This document shows positions 51,493-64,000 of a stretch of 64,000 bases of DNA, piece after piece. The notes below the pieces were generated by a model. That model had not been told where the DNA came from. It did not search any database and was given only the letters and a program-made list of their open reading frames with translations. The DNA lies in the NCBI RefSeq assembly GCF_006345805.1, contig NC_043005.1, positions 59,396,001 through 59,460,000 of the forward strand, in the 5' to 3' direction. The DNA comes from Octopus sinensis (taxonomy: Eukaryota). Every line of letters begins with the position of its first letter. The stretch's first letter is position 1. The translations under genes and the position numbers were made by a program.

Positions 51493-52366
51493 CATATACA
51501 GGTCTTTAAAAAATCTCTCTGAAAATTTTGTGGAAATGAAGAATAGGAAAGGAAAAAAATCAATATTCAGTTTAATAGCTTTGTGTCTCATATGTGCTTT
51601 TTATCTTTTCCTTCGAGCTGATACTTCGGAAAATATCTTCATTAAACTTTACTCTTTGTTTCAATAGTTTCGATTTACTGTCACTCAAGAGGACGGAGTA
51701 CTGTATTTCAGAGAAGTTAATGTAGTCCACTATATCCATTCCTTTGTTAGAAATATAATTACGATAATCTGAAGAAATATAGGAAATTACAGTTATTTCT
51801 AATATAAGTAGGTAGAATATTTATTTTCTTCCACTTTTTCTTTTGGGTTTTCTGAGAAGAATGAAGCACTCTGTATTGACCTTTGCAGAGTGTTCTTGTC
51901 GGGTGAGATGTGAAAATTACTATGAAGCAACGCTTCAACGAAATTTTGCCCAAACCAATCTTGTCTGAATTCTTGTAATAGGGTGAACTTCCCTGAAATC
52001 ATACAAGAAGAAAGTATTGTTGTTCAATCAGATAATAGAACTGCAATATCCATGGACTTTGGTCTAAGCATCTGTATAACTAAGATATCTTGCCTGTTAC
52101 TCACACAATGCCAACGAGGGCAGCAGGGGTGTCTTTACTCTGAATATGTATTTAGCGCATGATATATTGCATCTGACTGAAAGACAAAGTTGAATAGCCT
52201 TTATCGTAGAATTCAGCACTATCAAGACTTTATATAAACTGAACACCTACCATGCATATCACGTCTACTGTTTGTTTCTACAAGTAATACATATATTTCT
52301 CATTTCCCACATTACTTCTTCCTTCCTGATTAAAAAAAAATCACATAAAACGCACCACATATGTGT

Positions 52367-53540
52367 GCCAGTAAATCGGTCATTCGATCCTCTGACTAAT
52401 AAGTCCAAGTGTATATCGTTAAGGCAAATTAACTGTGTGTGTGTGTGTATTTGAGTGTGCGTATGATGTTTGCACGTGTGTGTATGTGCGCACAAACGAT
52501 CATTCGGCGAAGTCCTGAGACTGTTGAATTGATAGCCTTGCAACTCCGATTCTTTGCTCTCTGAATTGAAATAGTGTCAAGGTTAACACTGTATTTCATT
52601 CTTTTGGGATCGCTAAGCAAACCCTCAATTCTCTCTCATGGACGACTCGTCTCTTTTTCTCCCTATTTACTTGTCGGTCTTTCTTTTATCTAAAGGAAAT
52701 CGGTTGTGGATAGATCAGTTGACGCATGGGCTCAGCCAAATCTGGAGACACCTAAAACGTGCCATGAAACGCAGTAACAACACTGTTAAAATTTGAGAGC
52801 TAAATGTGTGTGTGAATGCATGAATGTATATATGTGTGTGTGTATATATATATATGTGTGTGTGTGTGTGTATGCACGTATGTGTGCGCGTGATTTGTTG
52901 GAGATTCTAGCAGCTTAGTAGACTGCCGTTCCCTTTTTCTCTTGCTACGACACCTATTGAACCACTGAACATACTTCAGTCTTACTTGCCTTTCTGTTTA
53001 TTGAGATTGTCCTGTACATTTTCCTGGAAAACAACATAATATCAGATTATGAAGGTTTGAACGGCCAAACAAGACCTCCACAAATAAGACATCAGATTGC
53101 ATTCTATTCGTCTATCCCATCGTTCCCCCAATAATGAAATTTTTTTTCTGTTTTGCTGCCAATATTTGAGATTGACGAAGTAGGACAAGCGGTAACACGC
53201 CAGACTAAACTCTTCCTTAATGTTGTTGCTTTGGTCTTTCATTAGATTTCACAAACTCCGCCGGAGTCAATATTTCCTTACATCTTTCCAGAGTCAATGT
53301 AATAATTACTACTATTGAGCTAATTGAATTAAAGCAGTCGTCTATAACTCTAAGGCACAAATTTAGTGTTGTGACTAATACAGGAAATCAATGTTTCGAG
53401 ACATTTCTATTGAAATCTGAACTTCTAATTATAAATACCTTGTAAAATAATCAATGGGGTACTGGGTAACTAGCCAGTAAATCGGTCATTCGATCCTCTG
53501 ACTAACACGTCCATGTGTATGTCATTACGGCAAATTAACT
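52367..53540. repeat. 68-bp direct repeat, two copies (52367-52434 and 53473-53540)
   Basis: GCCAGTAAATCGGTCATTCGATCCTCTGACTAA is identical for 33 bp and then diverges. Offset 1,106. Confidence 0.8.
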
Positions 53541-54940
53541 CTGAACGGTTCGCTCTACATCAATGTATTATAAATAGCATTGCGAAATATATCTCATTTT
53601 AAGTAGCTTGTAGGATGTTTATATATATATTGAAAATATTCCTTGCAGGAATAACTCGGTGAAGAGTGGGGTCTGCATGAATGATTTGTCTTAAATACAA
53701 CGCCTTTACTGAGTTTTATGCGCATAAACAGCTGTGGGTTAGAGGCCAGTAACTGAATTCTCCCAAGCTGACTTCAAAATAGTAACGTCATGGTTTTTGT
53801 CAATCTACAGGGCTACATCTCATGTAATTAGCTTTCGAATTTGGTGAGCATTGGTACGGATATGTCTAATCATAAAGGATTTCTCGTGTAGAAGCAGGCT
53901 TACATAATTATGATAAGTCTGGACTGTTAAGTTACAAGTATAGTGTATCAGACAAGATACTATATGGCTTCCCCACTTCCCATGTAAGGCTTGTGTCGAC
54001 CTGAGACTGTTAAATGCAATGGATCAAGATGTCACGCTGCTAAGCAAACTTCTAAAACTCTCAATCATTCCTGTGTTCATTTAGTAACAGTATATTAGTT
54101 TATTACTGTCTATATGGACGGTAGACTTAATCTGGCTCTCAGTTATTATACCACCAACAGAAGACAATTTGGTACATTTAAGTATTATTTAAAATGTTGG
54201 TAGCATTTGAACTGAATCAGCGGTCATTGCTAAATTTGTATTTTCTATACATTCGCATGTATCAGTCACGCAAATCTTGCCCAAATATTTATGTCTTCCC
54301 ACCTTTTCTTGATAATTCCATGACAGAAACTCTAACAGGTAACTGTTATCATGTTGTTTTGTATTTGTTTTATTCTTTTAGGTTGATATACCAATTTACT
54401 TGGAAGGGGGAGAGACAGTTCTGGTGAATTTTGTCGGTCTAGGTTACGATTCCAATAGAATGGGCAGTGCTATGCCATATTCAGCAGTATGTGATGTTTC
54501 GACCCCTGAGAAGCAGTTGATCAAATTGCCAGATCAGGTAAGTAAATTGTAGCTCTTTAATTCTTCTATATGTCTCAATCATTAGACTGCGGCAGTTCTG
54601 GAACGCCTTCTCGAATAGTTTGATCGGCACCAGTATTTATTTATTTGCATTTTACCGGGCGACTATCGAAAGAGGACGTAAACGATCTAACTCCAGCTGT
54701 CAACGAGTGAGACATAAACCACACTCTGGCACCATATGCATACACACGCGTGCACACACACACACACACTCATATTCTTTTATTATTTCAGTAATTCAAC
54801 TGCAGTCATGCTGGAGCATCAACTTAAGGGGGTTCAGTCGAACAAATCGAACCGAGGACTTGTTCTTTGTAAGCCTTGTGTTTATTCATTTTTTGCCGAA
54901 CTGCTATATATATATATATATATATAATATTAATAATAAT

Positions 54941-54975
<35 letters not shown>

Positions 54976-55400
54976 TGATGATGATAAGAGGAAGGGAAAT
55001 AGAAAGTCAAAGTGAAACCAGATATTAATATCTCGAATGCATTTAATACATGTATATTAAATGCTTTCAAAATGTTGATATTTGGTTTTGCTTTGTTAAT
55101 ATACATTATACGACTCCACACCTTTAAAATCTAATCAGGCGTTGCTTCATTTACATGGATAATCTGACAATGATTTGGAGGAGAATGTTCTGCTGAACCC
55201 GATTCCAAAATTCATGTAAAGAATATCGTTTCCAAGCATGAGACGCGTGCGTGCTCACACACACACACACACACACACACACGAACACACACACACGCAC
55301 ACACACACACTATTTATGTATATAATTATATATACAATTTTTTCCTGAATGAGAGAAAAAACCAAGGCTGTGAAGATTTTAGAACATTTACAAATAGAAG

Positions 55401-55449
55401 GTCTTACATCTGTTTTCAGGATATTTATTATATCCCTTCATCGGAGACG
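55401..55449 (-). ncRNA. Degenerate PLE-type minimal hammerhead remnant
   Basis: Minus strand CGTCT-CCGATGA-AGGGATAT..ATATCCT-GAAA-ACAGATG-TA-AGAC. U4 is replaced by C and the stem III palindrome is damaged. Confidence 0.45.
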
Positions 55450-56714
55450 GTGTGAGAACATGGTTTAGCAATAGTTAATTAGATAAGATACGAAATAGAG
55501 AGTGAAGTGGAGGAATGAAAATAGATGTGAAATATGCAGGGATATTGCATTTGTAGATCCATTATTTAGGCAGAATGGTATGCATATAAGATTCTAATGC
55601 CTTGTAAGTAAAATCCAATAGTATCTAAAATTGGACATTCCAAGTTTCGAGTTTGTACACAGTGCTATTGAATCAAGGGTTTTATTTAAAGTGACCTAAA
55701 AGTAGGGAATGCACTTGTAAGGTCAAATCGAAAACAGGAGGCGATGAATAAAGAAACGAAAGAAAAAAGAACAAGGAGAGAGATAATAAGGGGAAGTGTA
55801 CCAGTTAGTAGCCTGTCAAGATAATTTGAAAGTAGGAATGGGGAGATGAGAGTGTTAGAAAGAAAAAAGTTATTGGAGTGTAAAAAGATTGTTGTTATGT
55901 TTAACCTGAAGAGTGGCTATATTTATATTGAAGTGATTTTAATACTACTACTATTATTTTTACTATTATCATTTCTTAAATATAGCCACGAAACACGTGT
56001 CGTTATTCTACCAAATATATACGTTTTATTTATTATTTTGCACGTTACGTAATCATCGTTATAGGTTTTATCTTATATTTAATCTTTCTATAATATGTAA
56101 TTTTCTAGATGGCATAATTTAATTTTTCATTATTGAATTGATAAAAGGTGTTTTTTTTCTAATATATATATTGATACACACACGAAATATACCACCATAT
56201 GATGTTTATGGGTAAAATATGTGAATATCCAGAAATTTATTGCAGTATTTTCCCCATTCTATTCCACTATGAATTCGTTTAAACGACCGAACCGGTAGAT
56301 GCTAAGGGAAAAATCTACAAATTGTCTTTCTATTTTCTATGACGATTTTCTCTAAGCGTTTTTGTTCGTCTTATTTTTTTAATACATACATACATACATA
56401 TATACATACATACATGCATGCATACATGCATACATACATACATACATACTCGACAAGTGTCGAAACCATAATGATATGCGTTTGGCAGTTGATGATAGAA
56501 ATGCATATTTGTTATGCTAGTTTGTAAAATTTTCTTAGTCTCAGAATACTTAATTGTCTTTCATTCTAGTAAAGTGGAAAGTGCTTGTGAAATCATTGTT
56601 TCTAAAGATTTATTGGTTGTTTTTCTTCATAGATTATCATATCAGGTTTGGATATTTGTCTTTATTTTCGGGAGGCTCTGTGACACATGTCTATCTATAT
56701 ATGTGTATGGGATG

Positions 56715-56865
56715 AGTTTCTTCGAGTTTCCGTCTACCAAATTCACTCAGAGGGGTCGTGTCAGCTTGAGGCTAAAACACTTGCCCAAGGTACTACGCAG
56801 TTGCTATTGATCCAAAGACCACATATTTTAGGGATCAAGCTTCTCAACCACACGACTACTGCCTT
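56715..56865 (-). mobile_element. Degenerate family C SINE
   Basis: TTTCCGTCTACCAAATTCACTCA...ACACTTGCCCAAGGTACTACGCAG...AAGCTTCTCAACCACAC. Confidence 0.7.
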
Positions 56866-57968
56866 AGTTTGAATTATGAACTCAATAACGTAATGGGAGA
56901 TCACATAATAAATCTCGATCTAAATTACGTTGAGAGAGCATGAAGGAAGCATAACCGTTAAAATACTATTAATAATAGTTTCTCCTGTTAACATGACGAC
57001 AGGGAGGAGCGTACAAGCAATTATGATGTCAGCAGGGAGGTGCTTGAAGAGAGATGTGTAAGAGGAGGATAATGGTGGTGGTGTTGGTTGTGATTGTTAA
57101 ATGGCTGATATTCTCACATCACAGTGTGAAATATTGATTAGTTGAGAGCGACGGGTATTTGTGATGGACGAGAACCGAGTGCGCAACAACGTGTTTCCGG
57201 ATTTGTACCATCTTGTGTGAGTCTCTTCTAACACAATCATCAGTTGTCCAGCTGTCTTGTTAAGGGAATTTGATAGACAGCAACTATGAAAAACCCTGTT
57301 CTCCGTCGTGTGTCTATTTAACTATCTAGCTATCAATGCACGCACACACACACACACAAACACGCACAACACACACATACACACGCATATACACACGTAC
57401 ACACGCATATACACACATACACACAGATATATTCTTTTACCAATAGCAATGCGACCATTCACCCTGAAAAGCTTAGTTGATCAGTTGACTCTGTACATAT
57501 CAGAATCTAGTTTACATTAAGTTACGTTGACGTAGGCAAAAATGCATCGATTGTCAAGTGCAGAGTTATAACTCAATAATTCCCAACAGTATATATACAC
57601 ATACACGCAAGTTAGGGTTAGGGTTAGGGAATCTGCTATGTTTCTGTCTCATATTCAGTAGCTAACACTGAGTTGTAGTAAAAGTCACTCACCTAAGTTG
57701 CCGGGGAGTTATTTCTGCACGTATTTGTGTGTGTGATGTTCACACGCATCTGTTTATTACTGCCTGTCTAAGTTATGTCAAATTGCTTCTTTTTGATTTT
57801 TATTCAGTGTTTGATAAATAGAATCGATAAAACAAGTAGTAGACCGAAATAAGTACCGAATCTAATATGACCTGTCATAAATGTTTGAACTGAATATCCC
57901 AGCATGACTGGAATTGAAAGACTGGAATCATTACTAACTACAATGGATGTCAGTGGGAAATATCACCA

Positions 57969-58025
<57 letters not shown>

Positions 58026-58149
58026 CATTTCAGTAACTGAGGATAAAACTTTTTACATCAGTGGCCAGCATATAAAATGAGACCAATTAAGGTGAAAACA
58101 TTATATGCTCACAGGAGTATATATAAATATTTCATTTATTTCTATAACT

Positions 58150-58211
58150 ATATTCTGCTGAAGATGGAAGAGACTTTGGGCAGATTCAGAAATTAGCTAA
58201 TACAGAACTAT
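58150..58211 (+). ncRNA. Minimal type I hammerhead ribozyme, copy 1
   Basis: TTCTG-CTGAAGA-TGGA..TTCA-GAAA-TTAGCTAA-TA-CAGAA: 5-bp stem I, intact CUGAnGA and GAAA core, 10-nt palindrome ATTAGCTAAT as stem III, AUA triplet. Predicted cut after 58202. Confidence 0.7.
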
Positions 58212-59219
58212 CTGTTTTATACAACATTTCCGTTGGCTTATTGCGGCGAATTCAGCGTATGTTTGTCACTAGTTTTAGTGGTGCAGTCAAGTCGGAGATA
58301 ATGTATGTGTATTACAGATTAAGGCGAACCGTTCCTTAGAGAGGCTTCAACGCAGTTTGCACTCACAAATGTCAATTTACTACGCTGTCATTGTGGAACT
58401 GAAACCCTTAAGCGTTTCGTTGGAAAGGAGATTCCTTAACTACACGCTTATGTGCCTGCGTTCATTAGTATTAGACTTAGTTTAAGCATTGTAACTTTAT
58501 CGTCGTTTGCATAGCCAATCGTTGATATATCTGATCAATAACGGATTCATTGAATGCTATATTATATATTGAGATATAATGGGAAATTGGCCGAAGTTTA
58601 TCGTAACTTTTATTTCATAGTCACCCTCCCTTCTCTTCCACGCTCACCTCCGCTACCGCCATTTATCTTGAAAATGTATGTAGCCGGTCAGTGATTGCTC
58701 AAACGTTAGCAGCCGTCTTAACGGCTGGAGAAGCAGAGCTAACAGGTTATGAATTCATGCAATATATCTTGCCTGATTATAACTCAACTGAAGACATTTT
58801 TAAAACCTGCATAAGTTCCACCCACACACTGCTTCTCACAAATCAACCGGTTTAAAATTTACTTCTTAGCAATATTCAATATTCTAGCTCTATAAGTAGT
58901 TGTTTTATGTTAACTTTTCAAATATTTCATCCGCACCAGGCCTCTTTCTGTTAGCTATGCAGCTATATGGACGTGAGAGCTTCTAAAAGATCTTCTCCGA
59001 CTTGCATCAAACAATTTGGTGATTCATCTAATCTTTATAAATTGACCTGCTGACTCTAGCATCCGTCTACTCGAAATATTTGTTTAATAATTGATTTACT
59101 TATGTACACACACACACACACATTAGTGTTTAGAGACTAACAAATGCAAACTCATAATGTCTTTTTATATTTCATTTATAAATCATTCTGGCATCAAGAA
59201 TACATGCATAGATTCTTAT

Positions 59220-59272
<53 letters not shown>

Positions 59273-59396
59273 CATTTCAGTAACTGAGGATAAAACTTTT
59301 TACATCAGTGGCCAGCATATAAAATGAGACCAATTAAGGTGAAAACATTATATGCTCACAGGAGTATATATAAATATTTCATTTATTTCTATAACT

Positions 59397-59458
59397 ATAT
59401 TCTGCTGAAGATGGAAGAGACTTTGGGCAGATTCAGAAATTAGCTAATACAGAACTAT
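59397..59458 (+). ncRNA. Minimal type I hammerhead ribozyme, copy 2
   Basis: Identical to copy 1. Predicted cut after 59449. Confidence 0.7.
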
Positions 59459-60460
59459 CTGTTTTATACAACATTTCCGTTGGCTTATTGCGGCGAATTC
59501 AGCGTATGTTTGTCACTAGTTTTAGTGGTGCAGTCAAGTCGGAGATAATGTATGTGTATTACAGATTAAGGCGAACCGTTCCTTAGAGAGGCTTCAACGC
59601 AGTTTGCACTCACAAATGTCAATTTACTACGCTGTCATTGTGGAACTGAAACCCTTAAGCGTTTCGTTGGAAAGGAGATTCCTTAACTACACGCTTATGT
59701 GCCTGCGTTCATTAGTATTAGACTTAGTTTAAGCATTGTAACTTTATCGTCGTTTGCATAGCCAATCGTTGATATATCTGATCAATAACGGATTCATTGA
59801 ATGCTATATTATATATTGAGATATAATGGGAAATTGGCCGAAGTTTATCGTAACTTTTATTTCATAGTCACCCTCCCTTCTCTTCCACGCTCACCTCCGC
59901 TACCGCCATTTATCTTGAAAATGTATGTAGCCGGTCAGTGATTGCTCAAACGTTAGCAGCCGTCTTAACGGCTGGAGAAGCAGAGCTAACAGGTTATGAA
60001 TTCATGCAATATATCTTGCCTGATTATAACTCAACTGAAGACATTTTTAAAACCTGCATAAGTTCCACCCACACACTGCTTCTCACAAATCAACCGGTTT
60101 AAAATTTACTTCTTAGCAATATTCAATATTCTAGCTCTATAAGTAGTTTGTTTTATGTTAACTTTTCAAATATTTCATCCGCACCAGGCCTCTTTCTGTT
60201 AGCTATGCAGCTATATGGACGTGAGAGCTTCTAAAAGATCTTCTCCGACTTGCATCAAACAATTTGGTGATTCATCTAATCTTTATAAATTGACCTGCTG
60301 ACTCTAGCATCCGTCTACTCGAAATATTTGTTTAATAATTGATTTACTTATGTACACACACACACACATTAGTGTTTAGAGACTAACAAATGCAAACTCA
60401 TAATGTCTTTTTATATTTCATTTATAAATCATTCTGGCATCAAGAATACATGCATAGATT

Positions 60461-60502
<42 letters not shown>

Positions 60503-60544
60503 ATATACATATGTGTGTATGTGTGTGTGAGTGTGTTTCTATGT

Positions 60545-60680
60545 GTGTATTCTTTTTATCTTTTACTTCTTTCAGTCATAATACTACCGCCATGCTAGAG
60601 CATCGCCTCGAACTCTGGTACTTATTCTGTCGGTTTCTTTTGACGAATCACTAAGTTGTGTTTTGACGGGGGACAAACAC
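60545..60680 (-). mobile_element. Degenerate family D SINE
   Basis: TTTTACTTCTTTCAGTCATAATACTACCGCCATGCTAGAGCATCGCC...TACTTATTCTGTCGGTTTCTTTTGACGAATCACTAAGTT. Confidence 0.7.
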
Positions 60681-60944
60681 ATGCACACACACAGACACAC
60701 ACACATAGATATATGTAAGTGCGCATGCACACACACTTGCACAAACATTTATATAATCCTCATCATCATCCTCATCATCACCATTGTTATTTAATGTCTA
60801 CCAAATTCACTCACAAAATTTCGTTCAGACTTTGGCTGTAGTAGAAGACGCATGTCCAGGGCGCCGATCTGTTAGACGGAACTCGAAATTACATGGTTAC
60901 AAATATGGCTTCTTATCCACAAATCTATTTCTATACATAACACA

Positions 60945-61115
60945 CATAAAATTCAGACGGATGGCTGGATTAATCCTTCGAACTTTCAGAACTAGAAAGC
61001 AGAAAACCATGGTAGTCCTCTGGTGGACGTATTTCCTCAGCCACTTGGACTACTACTCACAATTCTGCTCACCATAGAGTATAAAATTAACGGTGGAACT
61101 CGAAGTGATCCAACC
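60945..61115 (+). mobile_element. CR1-group LINE RT-thumb fragment
   Basis: RRMAGLILRTFRTRKQKTMVVLWWTYFLSHLDYYSQFCSP; compare RRMCSWILRTFQSR...HLEYCCPLWSP at 24.9-25.0 kb. Confidence 0.75.
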
Positions 61116-61359
61116 ATAAGTTTGTTTTCAATGTGAAGAAGTGTAGGCTCTGTAAAACGAAAAGAACGTTAAGGAAGGCTATTATTAATCGTACTGAAAT
61201 TGATAACCTCCATTGAGCTTTGAACACAGTCAAATTAATTCTCTTCAATTATAAATGATTAAACAAAATTGGAATACATGTATGTTAAGTAAAAAATATG
61301 TCGGTGATAATTATGTCCTAATTACGAAGCATAATGATGGGGTAAACAAAGAATGATTA

Positions 61360-62214
61360 AATTAAAGTCTAGGTTGATGGTTAACATAGACCAAATGCTT
61401 CAGTTCGACTTGCAATAATTCAAGCAAGACAGTTGACTTATTTATAGGCCGGAAGAAACACAAAGACAAACTAGCTGCTAATTCTTCAGAACTTGAAGCA
61501 AGCAAAGAATCAAAGAATGGTTTGAAATGTAGGAGAAAAGAGCAGCTTTGTATAACATTAAACTGACTTGAGAAATATTTTGTGAAGATGTTGCAACTAA
61601 ATATTCAGCAAATTGTGCTGAACCAAATATTGGACAGCAGATTTTTGATATTGACGAGACTGGATATATGTGAGTACATTTAAATATATGCATCAGAAGG
61701 TGTGATTGCTGAATAACTTTGACACAGCACTTTACAATTCTTTCTTGGATAAATATTTATATTAATCCATGCATGCATTTATGTGTATGTGTGTTTGTAT
61801 TGAGAAATACAAACCGCGACTGAATAAGAACACGGAACGAATTTTAGGATTTTGCAAATACTTTCATTCATGAACCTATAACCATCATCTTTTTTAATTT
61901 ATGAATTTACAACTTCGTAATATATTACAACTTTAACCCTCAGAAAAATTATACCTCCCCAAAAAGTGCAAATAATAACAATCACCAATTACCAATTACA
62001 TGCAAGTTCATTTACAAACAAACTCTCATACAACCAATACAGACTAAACTTTTTTTTAACGAAATTGCAATATTTTCACCAATTTCCTGGTCATGATTAA
62101 TAGAACACAGAACTGGTTGACTATCATATAAAATTCAGGAAAAAGTATAAATTGTATGCATTTTCTGTCTTTTGTAACATTTTTTTACTACATATTTTTT
62201 ACTACGTGGGGAAA

Positions 62215-62252
<38 letters not shown>

Positions 62253-62920
62253 GAATGTTCGTAGCATAGAGATTACGACATCCGGCTCATGGTCGTTAGA
62301 CTGGAAGTTTGAAGGAACATATTGTATCTTAGAATAAAGAAGCTAAATGCTGACTGACATATTGGTGGAATTAGCATGACATTAAACTGAAACCAGTACT
62401 AGTCCATCACACGGAAATACTTTGAAAGAAATGCTATACGCCATATAGAAAAAAATAAAAATCAAACAAACAAATGACTTGACTTACTGCGACTTTGCTT
62501 CAAGATTGGTTTAGTAAGCACGTTGTTCCTGCTGTTAAAGAATACTCTGTCGGGAATAATTTATTATTTTAGACACGGTTTGATTTTTTTTTTATAATGA
62601 TTCTGAACATTAGAGGATAATAGAGGAAACTAAAGCGGTATTTTTGCTTCCAAATATCACAAGTGAAACTCAGCCAATTGATTAATCAGTAATATTAATC
62701 TTCAAAAGGTACTAAAAGAGGAAATCTGTTAAACGGACTGTCAAGACCACTGATAAGGATGTTGAGCCTTTAATAAATGGATTCTGGAAAGTATACACTA
62801 TCTGGAATGCTATCGATTATATTGAAGTCTCTCGGGATTTGATAAAGGGATTGTGAGTATTAGGTTTCTGTGAAATTTTAAGTCCAAATTTAATACAAAA
62901 TTTCAAAGGATTTGATGTGA
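61360..62920 (+). mobile_element. Decayed Tigger/pogo (CENP-B-type DDE) transposase remnant, interrupted at about 61700-62260
   Basis: QQIFDIDETG (61635), DIKLKPVLVHH (62378), LQDWFSKHVVPAVKEY, AVFLLPNITSETQPID (62635) and FWKVYTIWNAIDYIE occur in the order expected for TIGD-type transposases. Confidence 0.78.
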
Positions 62921-63039
62921 CCCTTGATGGTGACACAGCTTTTGAATCGGCTTCGTTTCAATGACACTGCAGAAGATAACAATGGATTGACTCAGGCTTT
63001 GCCTCTTTGACGTGCTATTGATGATGGTGGTGATCATGA

Positions 63040-63270
63040 TCTTGATAATGAAGAAGAAGAAGGAGGAGGAGAAGTAGAATTTCTTTATTAACCATAAGGC
63101 TTTACATTAAGAAAACATTATGGACCTTAACCACTTGAGCATGTCCCTTAGTGAAGAAAAAGATGAAGAAGAAGTAGTAGTAGTAGTAGTAGTGGTAGTG
63201 GTATTATTATTATTATTATTATTATTATTAGTAGTAGTAGTAGTTGTAGTAGTAGTAGGAGGAGAAGAAG
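63040..63270. repeat. Compound trinucleotide microsatellite (GAA/GGA/GTA/ATT)
   Basis: Successive triplet runs. Confidence 0.9.
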
Positions 63271-64000
63271 AAGAAGAAATCAGTATTGTTAAAGTTTCAG
63301 CAGTGAATAAATTGTTTGAAGAATATTTACACCCATGGAAGAATACGACCTAAATACAGAAAGACGGTGACTGGTTCGTAGAGTTATTAATTGCGATAGT
63401 TATACAACTTGCAGCAGATTATGTTCGCAAAAAAGTGGTGTTTTTCAAACTATTGGTAATCTTTGTAAAACCAAATTAATAATTAATCTGTATTAAACTA
63501 CTGTATAATCATATTAGTTCATACTTTTATTAATTGCCAGTATTTTCATTCGTTCCTACCATTGTCCGTATATATTCTTTCGAAACAATTTCAAAGATGC
63601 TCCAAGGGGCAGAAAAATTGATAGAGGAGTGTTCTTTCTTATATTTGGAGTGTCACAATTTTTCATACAAACCAAATAATCCCAATCGAACATACATATA
63701 TGACTAAAAGTTCGTACATTTGTACATATTTGTACATAACTCTCATGGAACAATACCTCATAAGATTAATATTGAAGGTCAAGTCATAAATTCAACGTTC
63801 AACCACTTTTTCAGCAGGGAACACTGCGTCTACAAAAGAGCTAATGACTATTTAGTAAATCAACTCTTAAATCTATAAACCATGCTTGATGTTATTGTAA
63901 GTTTGCATTCTCCCTTCCTACTACTAAGCATAACGCATTTCCCTTAGGTATAATGCTTCTTTTGTATATATATATTCGCTAATTAACTGAATAAATTGTA

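Larger units (their letters stand above)
58023..60462. repeat. Near-perfect tandem duplication, period 1,247 bp (58023-59216 and 59270-60462), bounded and separated by (TA)n
   Basis: On reading, the copies differ only by one T in a T run and one CA unit. Confidence 0.95.

Noticed and set aside
57180-57230. Minus-strand hammerhead-like remnant (CACAAGA-TGG..CCG-GAAA-CACG)
   Set aside because: Two non-compensatory core changes and no stem I.
57612-57629. (TTAGGG)3 telomeric repeat
   Set aside because: Too short to indicate a telomere or fusion site. Similar motifs occur inside transposons in this window.

Overview
AT-rich, microsatellite-dense eukaryotic DNA with no convincing host protein-coding gene. 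The SINE and LINE families look like those of Octopus (coleoid cephalopod); this is inferred from recognising the repeats, not from a database search. The window is probably intronic or intergenic. Most ORF-track entries are translations of (TA)n, (CA)n or (AAT)n runs. Supported content: (1) more than 25 tRNA-derived SINE copies in about four families; (2) a CR1-group LINE split into an inverted 5' half (21826-24456, minus: 5'UTR, ORF1, AP endonuclease) and a 3' half (24457-25587, plus: RT and tail), plus smaller LINE fragments; (3) Penelope-like element (PLE) remnants; (4) two decayed Tc1/mariner elements, a Tigger/pogo remnant, a MULE-like element, a foldback MITE with an 8-bp TSD and a non-autonomous Helitron; (5) a 1,247-bp tandem duplication. 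Best leads: minimal type I hammerhead ribozymes, namely a twin pair inside the duplication and a copy with a compensatory U3-A8 core in a 362-bp repeat unit; a LINE ORF1 with Myb/SANT-like + polyQ + 2x CCCH architecture; a chain of fold-back inversions pivoting on (TA)n; a LINE 3' end sharing a covarying stem-loop with the dominant SINE tail; and a tRNA-Thr(CGT)-like element folded into a long hairpin. Boundaries of degenerate elements are approximate.
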